DNA of 63,659 nt, the filler included, from Lama guanicoe (lineage: Eukaryota): assembly GCA_013239625.1 (NCBI GenBank). It is 174 parts of 174 records of this genome, joined end to end, with 100 filler letters (N's around TTAATTAATTAA, not from the genome) between each part and the next. Parts side by side here need not be neighbours in the genome. Positions count along the whole stretch, not along the records: positions 10,613 to 10,878 come from PNXV01050881.1; positions 10,979 to 11,244 come from PNXV01050882.1; positions 11,345 to 11,610 come from PNXV01050883.1; positions 11,711 to 11,976 come from PNXV01050884.1; positions 12,077 to 12,342 come from PNXV01050885.1; positions 12,443 to 12,708 come from PNXV01050886.1; positions 12,809 to 13,074 come from PNXV01050887.1; positions 13,175 to 13,440 come from PNXV01050888.1; 166 more parts are not named here. One strand, 5' to 3'. Below the pieces are notes generated by a model, which was given only the letters and a program-made list of their open reading frames with translations, had not been told where the DNA came from and ran no database searches. Both the position numbers and the translations under genes were made by a program. Of this stretch, positions 10,513-21,125 are shown in pieces. Position 1 is the stretch's first letter. Each line of letters opens with the position of its first letter.

Positions 10513-12076
10513 NNNNNNNNNNNNNNNNNNNNNNNNNNNNNNNNNNNNNNNNNNNNTTAATTAATTAANNNNNNNNNNNNNNNNNNNNNNNNNNNNNNNN
10601 NNNNNNNNNNNNAGAAGGGGATCAATTAAGATGATACATACCATTAATCATTTTAAATCTGTGATTCAGACTTTGGCATTTTCTGCTAAGTTACAACAGT
10701 TGACTTTCTAGATTTTGTTGTGATATATGCACATCTCTTTTCCAAACAATAGATATTTCAGTGAGACTCCCATTTATATGAGTTCATTGTGAAATACCAA
10801 AAACTTTCAAATAAAATTACAAAATACTTAATCCTAATGACTTACAGCTATTGATATTTTTAGATTTAGCAGAAACAANNNNNNNNNNNNNNNNNNNNNN
10901 NNNNNNNNNNNNNNNNNNNNNNTTAATTAATTAANNNNNNNNNNNNNNNNNNNNNNNNNNNNNNNNNNNNNNNNNNNNGCGTGTGGGCGGGGATGGAATG
11001 TCAAAGGGAAAACAGGGAGACAAGAAATCAGATATAGAAGGGCCAGAAATAGCATGGGCCAGGGCGAGATACCAGGGGCCCGTGATGGTGGAGGGGGAGG
11101 CTGGAGGAGGGTCAGGACCGCTCCAGAGAATGTCTATTCCTGGGTCGCCCCCCCCACCTCAAATCCTGCAGGGTTCCATCTCAGAGTTTCAGGAGCCCAT
11201 CAGGGTGGGCCCCAAGCATTAGGATTGTTGTATTCTGGAGCAGGNNNNNNNNNNNNNNNNNNNNNNNNNNNNNNNNNNNNNNNNNNNNTTAATTAATTAA
11301 NNNNNNNNNNNNNNNNNNNNNNNNNNNNNNNNNNNNNNNNNNNNAGTCGATAGATCTTGTGCTAGAGGATCAAGAACACAGGAAGGAGACGGCATCTCTG
11401 TCTGCCTCAACCGGGAAGGTCAGCATTTGAGATGCCAACCTGAAGGGAAGCAGACTTGAGCTGGTCCAAAGCACCAGTGGGGAGACCCCAGACAGAGAGT
11501 GGGAACAGAGGAGGGAGGAGGGGGGGCTCGGGGAGCGAACAGTTTGTGCAGAGGCCAAGGCGCAACCAAACTCGCCATCCTTGAAAACTGGGCACGTAGG
11601 CTGAGTAGGTNNNNNNNNNNNNNNNNNNNNNNNNNNNNNNNNNNNNNNNNNNNNTTAATTAATTAANNNNNNNNNNNNNNNNNNNNNNNNNNNNNNNNNN
11701 NNNNNNNNNNGATGTCTCATTCATCTTGGAAACCCTGTAACTAGGCAGAGCCAGTATTCGTTGACGTGTCCAGCTATCAAGCTGACTGCCTAGTCTCAAC
11801 GTCGCCCACAAGGGAAAACCCCGGCTTCTACCTTTGGCCACCTTCGGGCTGATCTTGGTACAGCATCACGTCAAAAACAAATTAACAAAAATAAAATGAA
11901 AAACAAAAACAACAAACCTGTCCCCAGTAGTAATGTCTTTTTTTTTCAGCTGAAGGTTTTATGGAGAGATGGTTATNNNNNNNNNNNNNNNNNNNNNNNN
12001 NNNNNNNNNNNNNNNNNNNNTTAATTAATTAANNNNNNNNNNNNNNNNNNNNNNNNNNNNNNNNNNNNNNNNNNNN

Positions 12077-12342
12077 AGTAGGGTGACATTAGGAGGTGAG
12101 GCTTTGGGGAGGTGATTAGGTTGTGTGGGTGGGGCCCTTATGAAGGAAATCAGTGCCCTTATCAGAGAGACCCTGGCAAGCTCTGTCACCCCTTCCCCCA
12201 TGTGAGGACACAGTACAAAGACATCCTTATGTGAACCAGGAAGGGGGTTCTCAGCAGACACCAGATTCTGCCGGCACCTTGACCTTGCGCTTTCCAGTCT
12301 CCAAACTTGTGAAAAATAAATTTTTATTTAAGCTACCCAGTC
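12077..12342 (+). mobile_element. MaLR LTR (MLT1A/MST-like)
   Basis: attaggaggtgaggctttggggaggtgattagg...ccatgtgaggacacag...gccggcaccttgacctt...aaaataaatttttatttaagctacccagtc. Confidence 0.9.
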
Positions 12343-12465
12343 NNNNNNNNNNNNNNNNNNNNNNNNNNNNNNNNNNNNNNNNNNNNTTAATTAATTAANN
12401 NNNNNNNNNNNNNNNNNNNNNNNNNNNNNNNNNNNNNNNNNNGCCCCGGTCCCGGGCCGCCCTAC

Positions 12466-12616
12466 CTGCCGGCCGCCCAGCCACAGCCGCTGCTCCGCCG
12501 CGGGGAAGCCAGTCTCGGCCGCGAGGCGCCGCTTCACGTCGCGCACCGTCCAGGACGCGGGGACCGCCACCGTCCTGCAGCCCACGCAGCCGGGCAGCAC
12601 GGTCACCCGGAGCCAC
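12466..12616 (-). CDS. SACS: Sacsin internal coding exon (N-terminal ubiquitin-like domain), 151 nt
   Basis: Encodes (R)[50 protein letters not shown] versus recalled human sacsin [51 protein letters not shown] (39/50 identical). Acceptor tttgccttcgcacag, donor CAG|GTAGG. Confidence 0.93.
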
Positions 12617-12688
12617 CTGTGCGAAGGCAAAGGCCTCAGTGGGCGCCCCGCGGGCGGGCCCGCGGCCCCCCGCCGCGCCGGCGCTCAC

Positions 12689-12699
12689 CTGAGGCCCAT
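12689..12699 (-). CDS. SACS: Putative alternative first coding micro-exon of sacsin (ATG GGC CTC AG)
   Basis: gcgccATGG Kozak context and donor CAG|GTGAGC; a 72-nt intron (12617-12688) joins in frame to the UBL exon, giving MGLRWLRVTV... Confidence 0.55.
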
Positions 12700-13941
12700 G
12701 GCGCGTCCNNNNNNNNNNNNNNNNNNNNNNNNNNNNNNNNNNNNNNNNNNNNTTAATTAATTAANNNNNNNNNNNNNNNNNNNNNNNNNNNNNNNNNNNN
12801 NNNNNNNNTTATTGTGAGATGTAAACAAGTTAACACGTTTAAAGTGTGAGGACCAAATGATACGTAGTAGCACTGGATGCTTCCTACTTTTGTTCCCCTG
12901 CTCCTTGGTGTGCTGATAAACTATTTATAACCAGGTGGATGGGAGGGAGACTTGACCTGTGGTGTTGGGCAACGTGTATGGTGTGAATCTCGGCTGATTC
13001 CATCTGTCCTAAGTCACCACATGACAGTTGGGAAGAGACACATGGTAGCATCCCACTGGAGGGGGTTCCATGGTNNNNNNNNNNNNNNNNNNNNNNNNNN
13101 NNNNNNNNNNNNNNNNNNTTAATTAATTAANNNNNNNNNNNNNNNNNNNNNNNNNNNNNNNNNNNNNNNNNNNNACTCTGTCCTTCTCAGCAAGTTCTCA
13201 GAGGAAACTAGTACCCAGAGCCTGACCAGCTGGGGTATTATCAGAGCATAACCAACCCGGGCAAGGGAAATAACCAGCTCCAGCCCACTCTACCAGTCCT
13301 GTCCCAAGAAAGAGGGAGAACAGTTGAGAAACACTTGTTAAGCTGACAGGCCACAGAACACAACCTCATTAACAGATTAAGACCAAATCCCAGGACTATA
13401 AAATACTTCCCTCCCCCAACAAACTTCACCACATTCCTAANNNNNNNNNNNNNNNNNNNNNNNNNNNNNNNNNNNNNNNNNNNNTTAATTAATTAANNNN
13501 NNNNNNNNNNNNNNNNNNNNNNNNNNNNNNNNNNNNNNNNGAAGCCCAGCACCACAAGATGGCTCAGCCTGAAGTGGGAGCTGGGGGCCGGGACACAGCA
13601 GCCTTGAACCCCCAGTCTCTCCGTGGAAGAGCCTTACTCTGGGTGAGAGAAGGGACCAAGGGTGGGGTCTCTCCCTGAGCTGAGCGCGGTCATCTCCTCC
13701 ACAGCAGCGGGGGGCGGTGGGGTGTGCCGGGGACCCCCTTTCACCTTCCTGTCCATGTGCCTCCTTGGTCCCTTCTGGGAGAAGCCTCCAGGGCCCCAAA
13801 GGGGCGNNNNNNNNNNNNNNNNNNNNNNNNNNNNNNNNNNNNNNNNNNNNTTAATTAATTAANNNNNNNNNNNNNNNNNNNNNNNNNNNNNNNNNNNNNN
13901 NNNNNNATAATCCTAATAACACTTTAAATTTATATAGCATT

Positions 13942-14016
13942 TATATATATATATATATATACACATATACATACGTGTGTGTGTATATATATGTGTGTGT
14001 GTGTGTATATATATAT
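13942..14016. repeat. Compound (TA)n/(CA)n/(TG)n microsatellite
   Basis: Directly visible alternating dinucleotide blocks. Confidence 0.95.
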
Positions 14017-14272
14017 GTTCTGATCTAATTTTCACCATAACCTAAAGAGGTATGAAAATATTTAAAATCAACGAATTCTTTTTTGAGAAAAAGGAACAAA
14101 CTTTGTGACATTTTAGTGACTCCCTATATGTAAGGATGTTGGTGCATAACTGAGAGATGTCTAGAATCATTCNNNNNNNNNNNNNNNNNNNNNNNNNNNN
14201 NNNNNNNNNNNNNNNNTTAATTAATTAANNNNNNNNNNNNNNNNNNNNNNNNNNNNNNNNNNNNNNNNNNNN

Positions 14273-14537
14273 GGAAAGCAGAATACAGAATTTAGAATAT
14301 AGAATACAGAATACTGAATTTGGAATTTAGAACTTAGAATGCAGAACACAAAATTTAGATTATAGAACACAGAATACTGAATATAGAATTTACAATATAG
14401 AACGTTGAACACAGAATATAGAATATAGAGTAGACATTATCGAACCCAGAATTTAAAATATGGAATGCCGAACACAGAATTTAGAAATTAGAATAGAGAA
14501 TACTGAATGTAGAATTTAGAACATATAATGCAGAACA
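14273..14537 (+). repeat. Degenerate heptamer satellite (AGAATAT-like; family B)
   Basis: Whole contig is built from AGAATAT/AGAATTT/AGAACAC units; the variant ATACTGA occurs at 14311, 14374 and 14500. Confidence 0.9.
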
Positions 14538-15369
14538 NNNNNNNNNNNNNNNNNNNNNNNNNNNNNNNNNNNNNNNNNNNNTTAATTAATTAANNNNNNN
14601 NNNNNNNNNNNNNNNNNNNNNNNNNNNNNNNNNNNNNAAAAAAATGTGTGTTTCATTAATATGCACATGCCACTGCTGATCAAGAAAATTCAGTAGTCTT
14701 TCACAGCCTTTTTCCAAAATCTAAGTCTTCATATTCAATATCCTTTTGTAAAAAAATACCCTAAACCTGTGCTACGACTAAATCTCAGATTATCTCTTTT
14801 TCAAGGCTCATACATTCAAATGCTTCAAGGGAAAAGACAGATAAAATAAGAGTAAATAGAAATGATTCTGCATTCAGCCATGATGGAGTAACACAAGAGT
14901 TCTNNNNNNNNNNNNNNNNNNNNNNNNNNNNNNNNNNNNNNNNNNNNTTAATTAATTAANNNNNNNNNNNNNNNNNNNNNNNNNNNNNNNNNNNNNNNNN
15001 NNNTAGAACTTCAAGAGGATAGGTTTTCTCTACAAGAGCTAACTTAGATACAGTATAAGCTACTGAGGAACTATTTTAGAAAGACCCTCACCTCCTAATT
15101 ATACAGCCTGGGCTGAACTGACTGATAATTACATTTGGACTGACAACAGAAGGACATGGCATAGCAGCAAACGAAGGGGGCTAAAAAATGTGTAAGAATT
15201 ATGGTGAGAAAAAGATCTAGAGCTAATTACCAAAAGAAAGAACAAGATTTACCTTACCTGAGGACCTTGNNNNNNNNNNNNNNNNNNNNNNNNNNNNNNN
15301 NNNNNNNNNNNNNTTAATTAATTAANNNNNNNNNNNNNNNNNNNNNNNNNNNNNNNNNNNNNNNNNNNN

Positions 15370-15635
15370 GAAGACCATGGATAGTATGGTTTCATTTATA
15401 TGAAGATCAAAAAACAATGTATAATTAGGGACACACATATCTGAGAAAACTGCAAGAGAAGCAAGAAAGTAAAGAATAATTAACATTTAGGATAACGGTG
15501 ACCTCTGAGAGTGATGGAACAAGATTACTTAATAGAAGAAAAACACTGGGAGAATTTTAAAGGTATTGGGAATGTAATGGACTTACGAGTAATAATTGTG
15601 TTACTATTCTTTAATCCATATAAATACAATGTACA
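15370..15635 (+). mobile_element. Old LINE-1 3' UTR (L1ME/MC-like)
   Basis: agtatggtttcatttatatgaagatcaaaaaac...ataattaacatttaggataacggtgacctctg. Confidence 0.6.
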
Positions 15636-15735
15636 NNNNNNNNNNNNNNNNNNNNNNNNNNNNNNNNNNNNNNNNNNNNTTAATTAATTAANNNNNNNNN
15701 NNNNNNNNNNNNNNNNNNNNNNNNNNNNNNNNNNN

Positions 15736-16001
15736 GCCCCAATATAAACTCGGGGACAATGAGGCCTGGCCAGAAAATGGAAGCTGTAATACTATCCTAC
15801 AGTTAGACATTTTTTGCAAGACAGGGAAAATGGACAGAAGTTCCTTACGTTCAGGCCTTTATGGCCTAAAGAGAAAACCCAGAGCTTTGCAAGTCCTACG
15901 TAAGGGAACCTTGTCGGCTGGGACCCATTCAGGCTACACAGAAGCCCCCTACAATAGCAACTCTGGAGGAACACAAGCCCCAGACAGAAGACCCAAGCCC
16001 A
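15736..16001 (+). pseudogene. Class I endogenous retrovirus gag (matrix region) remnant, ERV9/HERV-W-like
   Basis: PQYKLGDNEAWPENGSCNTILQLDIFCK, then a frameshift to QGKWTEVPYVQAFMA and a stop; matches the WPxxGSxxxNTILQLDLFC...GKWSEVPYVQ motif. Confidence 0.85.
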
Positions 16002-17565
16002 NNNNNNNNNNNNNNNNNNNNNNNNNNNNNNNNNNNNNNNNNNNNTTAATTAATTAANNNNNNNNNNNNNNNNNNNNNNNNNNNNNNNNNNNNNNNNNNN
16101 NCTTTAAGAAATTACAATGGTGAACATTAGAGGTGTCCTAGTGCTGGACACCTAGGAAGTCAGAAACAATGAAGTGTCCTTCCTTTACAGTCAATCACTT
16201 TCTTATAATTACATTTTAGCCTCTAAATTCAATATACTATTATAAAAAAATTAGAGAATCAATAAATTAGAAAATAATTGAATATATTCTTTCTTTCATT
16301 CTTTAATTTTCTTAACACCATTCTAGAAGTTAGCACCTACAAAGAATTAGAAATGTAGTTATTGTTGNNNNNNNNNNNNNNNNNNNNNNNNNNNNNNNNN
16401 NNNNNNNNNNNTTAATTAATTAANNNNNNNNNNNNNNNNNNNNNNNNNNNNNNNNNNNNNNNNNNNNACAATAAAAGAAAATAAAAGAGAGAAAATCCCT
16501 ATGTCTCACTGGAGCATGAGAGAATCAAGGTTTGAACATCTGAAAATTTGGGGTGCAAACCTTCACACGATCTTTTGCTTTAAATGCTTCATAAGTTGTT
16601 GCCTAGAACTTTGGGGTAACTCAGATATCTCAACAGATTATCAAGTCAAAGGGCAGTGGGGAACCATGGGGACCTATCTTATGTAATAGCTCATCTCGGG
16701 GAAGAGGAATGGATCTGTCTCTGAGGAATTACCNNNNNNNNNNNNNNNNNNNNNNNNNNNNNNNNNNNNNNNNNNNNTTAATTAATTAANNNNNNNNNNN
16801 NNNNNNNNNNNNNNNNNNNNNNNNNNNNNNNNNAAAATTTTATTTTAAAAGGTATGAGCTATCGAAGAAGCTGCAGAGTCTGTTTCCTCCTGGAGTACCT
16901 GGTCATACTCCTCTTTTGTTAAAGGCCTAGCAGAAGCCATAGTTAAAAAGCGTTACCCATGCCCTACTGTTTGCAGAGTAGAGGGACATTCTATAGAGTC
17001 TTGAAAGCCCTGTATTTCCAAAGGGAAGAACAAGAAAGCAGGACAGTAAAGCCTCTTTCTCTCCCCTCCCCTGGCCTCTGCCCCCTTCTTAGCGCTGTGN
17101 NNNNNNNNNNNNNNNNNNNNNNNNNNNNNNNNNNNNNNNNNNNTTAATTAATTAANNNNNNNNNNNNNNNNNNNNNNNNNNNNNNNNNNNNNNNNNNNNA
17201 AAAAAAAAGAGAAAAATGAATGAGAAAGAAAAAGTGTGAGATGAAAAGCAACAGTAGACAAAAATCAGTGTGACATGAGAATAAACTTCCATAAATAATG
17301 ACTATAAAATATTCAAAAAGAAACTATAACTTACTGTTTTTTTTCTTTTAGCTGGAAAATAATAATATGAGAGAAGGAGGTATTGTACTGAAACTAAGTC
17401 TTTTGTTTTATTTGTGGGGAGGAGAGAAATACTGAGTAATGTTTAGACTGTTAAAATACATTTAANNNNNNNNNNNNNNNNNNNNNNNNNNNNNNNNNNN
17501 NNNNNNNNNTTAATTAATTAANNNNNNNNNNNNNNNNNNNNNNNNNNNNNNNNNNNNNNNNNNNN

Positions 17566-17831
17566 GATATTAATATAGTCACCCCAATTTTCTTTTGACT
17601 ACTATTGGCATATTATATCTCTTCCTATTCTATTACTTTTAATCTATTTATGTCTTCATAGTGAATGTTGGTTTCTTGTAGGCCAGCAAAAAATTTGGCT
17701 TGCTGTGTCTCTGAGGAAAATTCTGCAGTTTTTATCTTGATTCCCTTCTATATGGTATATCTTTATTCTCTGGCTATGTTAAAGATTTTTCTCTTTACCA
17801 GTGGTTTTAAATGGTTGACTATGATGTACAT
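17566..17831 (-). mobile_element. Old LINE-1 fragments (antisense)
   Basis: tgatattaatatagtcaccccaattttcttttgact-type endonuclease antisense text followed by ctgaggaaaattctgcagt...ttaaagattttt ORF1 antisense text. Confidence 0.7.
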
Positions 17832-19094
17832 NNNNNNNNNNNNNNNNNNNNNNNNNNNNNNNNNNNNNNNNNNNNTTAATTAATTAANNNNNNNNNNNNN
17901 NNNNNNNNNNNNNNNNNNNNNNNNNNNNNNNAGGCTAGAATGCATAGTGGAATCGAAGAGCTTGAATGTCGTCACCCTTACAACAAAGGTCAATGCTTCT
18001 GCCTTAGAAAAACACTAGATGATGGAAATTAATATCTTAAAAACTACATGTATTTTTCAGATGTGTAAAACTTTCCAAATATAAACAAGCACAAACTACA
18101 TTGCGTTATATTGATTTTAGAAAGCTTGCAATTTTTGATCCACTCTGGATCCATTTATTGTTCGGCATTTCCTCCCATTAAGAGGCAGGCTCTACTTNNN
18201 NNNNNNNNNNNNNNNNNNNNNNNNNNNNNNNNNNNNNNNNNTTAATTAATTAANNNNNNNNNNNNNNNNNNNNNNNNNNNNNNNNNNNNNNNNNNNNCAC
18301 ACACATTAAGCTGGTGCCCACGCACCTGGTAAACTCTACCATCAGCTATTATTCAGTCCATATGTTTATTACAAGTCAGGTTGAAGACTTGAGATCTTAA
18401 GGGTTAGAAATCTACTGCAGAGAAGAGACAGGAAACCGGGGAGAATTCGGATTTAACCAGAGGTGGTAGGAAAGCTGGACATGGACCATAAGTGAGCTTT
18501 GTAGTAATATTTGTAGTAAAAAGTACCAGTGTGAGATGCTTAAAATCTTCAGTGGAAAAATATNNNNNNNNNNNNNNNNNNNNNNNNNNNNNNNNNNNNN
18601 NNNNNNNTTAATTAATTAANNNNNNNNNNNNNNNNNNNNNNNNNNNNNNNNNNNNNNNNNNNNGCCTTCTAGTACTATCCTTCTGAGGAGATGATATGCC
18701 AAGTAGGATTGCATGCCAGGCCAACGGCATGTTTTACACTGAAGGATTTATTAGGTGGCTAAAATGATAAATTCAAGATCTACAACATGTGAAATTCTTT
18801 CAGGTATTCTGGATTGATTTCACACAAAATGTATTTTATCTTTGATCAACCCATCGCCCCCATTCCCAGTCCTGAGGCCTGTTTTCCCTTTGCTTCTTTG
18901 GAAGAATTTCTCAGAGCTTTCATTTTGCCNNNNNNNNNNNNNNNNNNNNNNNNNNNNNNNNNNNNNNNNNNNNTTAATTAATTAANNNNNNNNNNNNNNN
19001 NNNNNNNNNNNNNNNNNNNNNNNNNNNNNAATTATTAGGAAGTCTTTTGGATCTCTCCTAAAGAGATTTCTGCCCACCACTCACAATCCCACCA

Positions 19095-19295
19095 GTGATA
19101 CAGAAAGACATGGGGGGAGAGGATGGCTGAGCCCCAGGTCTCAGCTGAGTCCCTAGAAGACACCCCACCAACAGTGGGTCCTTGGCTCATCACAAGGAAG
19201 AATTCATGAGCGAGCCACAGTTGAGAAAAGGTAGATTTATTCAGAAAGATACATACTCCATAGCAGAGTGCAGGCTGTGTTAAAAGGTAGGAGAA
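19095..19295 (-). mobile_element. ERV1-type LTR fragment (R/U5, antisense)
   Basis: ggtccttggctcatcacaaggaagaattcatgagcgagccacag...agatttattcag; AATAAA on the minus strand. Confidence 0.6.
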
Positions 19296-19761
19296 NNNNN
19301 NNNNNNNNNNNNNNNNNNNNNNNNNNNNNNNNNNNNNNNTTAATTAATTAANNNNNNNNNNNNNNNNNNNNNNNNNNNNNNNNNNNNNNNNNNNNTGGGG
19401 GGAAGGGTGCATACCCCCATCTCTGAAAACCCATGGAAAGTTTTTGGGGGAAGAGAGGCGGGGCTCAGGCACAGCCACCATATCCTCCTGCGCTTAGCAT
19501 CCAGGTGGGGGCGGGGGGGAAACCTGTATCAGAACCAAAGGGCTTAGCAGCCTCAAAGGCCAGACTGAGACTTGTCTACAGCCTGAGGCAGATAGGATCC
19601 TTCCATCCTGGGCCCTCAGAGAACTTGCTCCACCAAGACAAACAAGGAGCTGAGTTTTGGCNNNNNNNNNNNNNNNNNNNNNNNNNNNNNNNNNNNNNNN
19701 NNNNNTTAATTAATTAANNNNNNNNNNNNNNNNNNNNNNNNNNNNNNNNNNNNNNNNNNNN

Positions 19762-20027
19762 AAATTAGAATTCTTTTTAACTCAATTACAATGAAATCAA
19801 AACATGTGGGAGGCTTCAAAAGCAGAGTTAGAAGGACTTTATCACATTAAAGGGTAATAAGAGACTATTACAAACAACTTAAGCAAATAAATTTGACAAC
19901 TAGTATGAAGTAAATGAAGTTCGTTAAAGAGCCACTTATTGAACTGAATTAAGAAGAAACAGGAAACCTAAATAATACTATAGGAATTAAAGAAATTAAA
20001 TTTATCATTAGAAATACTCCACAAAGA
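19762..20027 (+). mobile_element. Degraded LINE-1 ORF2 fragment
   Basis: gagactattacaaacaactt...aataaatttgacaactag...aagaagaaacaggaaacctaaat (the RDYY..L.ANKFDNL...EEIENLN region). Confidence 0.8.
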
Positions 20028-20127
20028 NNNNNNNNNNNNNNNNNNNNNNNNNNNNNNNNNNNNNNNNNNNNTTAATTAATTAANNNNNNNNNNNNNNNNN
20101 NNNNNNNNNNNNNNNNNNNNNNNNNNN

Positions 20128-20393
20128 AATCTTATTTTGGCAGTTACTGCTATATATTTATGAGGTAGGATATATACAAATTTCAACTGGTCTAATAGCT
20201 CACTTCCTGTAGCACTAGATGGTTGAGCTGAGGACACACACACAGTCCGGGACCACACCTCACAGTGTGTGAGGCACCGGGGTGTGGCACGTGACAAAGT
20301 TCTTGTCGGTGGGACAAGACCAGGATAGCTATGACCACTGTTTCTGGGCTAGGTCATTTATAAAGGAATAGATATGCTTGCCTTGGCTTCTTT
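20128..20393 (+). repeat. Near-duplicate contig, copy 1 (partner at 62659-62925); possibly old ERVL/MaLR LTR-derived
   Basis: Same start and end as 62659-62925; 10 substitutions and 1 indel. Confidence 0.95.
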
Positions 20394-21019
20394 NNNNNNN
20401 NNNNNNNNNNNNNNNNNNNNNNNNNNNNNNNNNNNNNTTAATTAATTAANNNNNNNNNNNNNNNNNNNNNNNNNNNNNNNNNNNNNNNNNNNNGAATTTC
20501 AAACTGATCACCCAAGGATGAAAGCCCTGGGAAAGTGAAGCCAGTGGGTTTAGAGGGTCATTCAGTGCCCACGTTGTGGTATTCCTGTTGGGTTTCATGG
20601 GTGTGTTGAACAGTTGGCATAAAGTCACCTGCAGTAACAGAATATGTGCTGGAAACATCCGTATGGACAGTGAATTCAGAGATAGCTCCTTCCGGCACAG
20701 TCACCTTTCCTGCAGTAGGGTCTGAAGGGGAAAATAATTCTGGAGAAGGATTTTCCTGANNNNNNNNNNNNNNNNNNNNNNNNNNNNNNNNNNNNNNNNN
20801 NNNTTAATTAATTAANNNNNNNNNNNNNNNNNNNNNNNNNNNNNNNNNNNNNNNNNNNNGAGTATATTTCCTGATACACACAAAACCACATATGAGATAG
20901 AGATGAACGTAACTCTACTAACATTATTTAATTTTGCCATTGTCAGAGTCTTTTCTTAGCTGGAAATTTGAAGTGAACTTTCGTTGGGGGTGGGGGTGAC
21001 TAGAATTTGTGTCTACCCT

Positions 21020-21125
21020 AGAGGCAGACAGACCTGAGTTTGAAGCATTAAGTAACGCTGGTCTGCCAGCTGCTCCTGGGCAGGCTCTGAGCATCTCCAG
21101 CCTGAGCTCCTCAGCTGTGAAGCGG
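21020..21125 (+). mobile_element. Degenerate MIR SINE
   Basis: gaggcagacagacctgagtttgaa...ctgagctcctcagctgtgaagcgg follows the MIR B box and core layout. Confidence 0.55.

Noticed and set aside
14221..14412. Hydrophobic Tyr/Phe/Ile-rich ORF (also 47194-47495)
   Set aside because: Translation of the antisense strand of the heptamer satellite.
20262..20305. V(D)J recombination signal (CACAGTG heptamer)
   Set aside because: No ACAAAAACC-like nonamer at 12 or 23 bp spacing and no V-gene coding sequence upstream.
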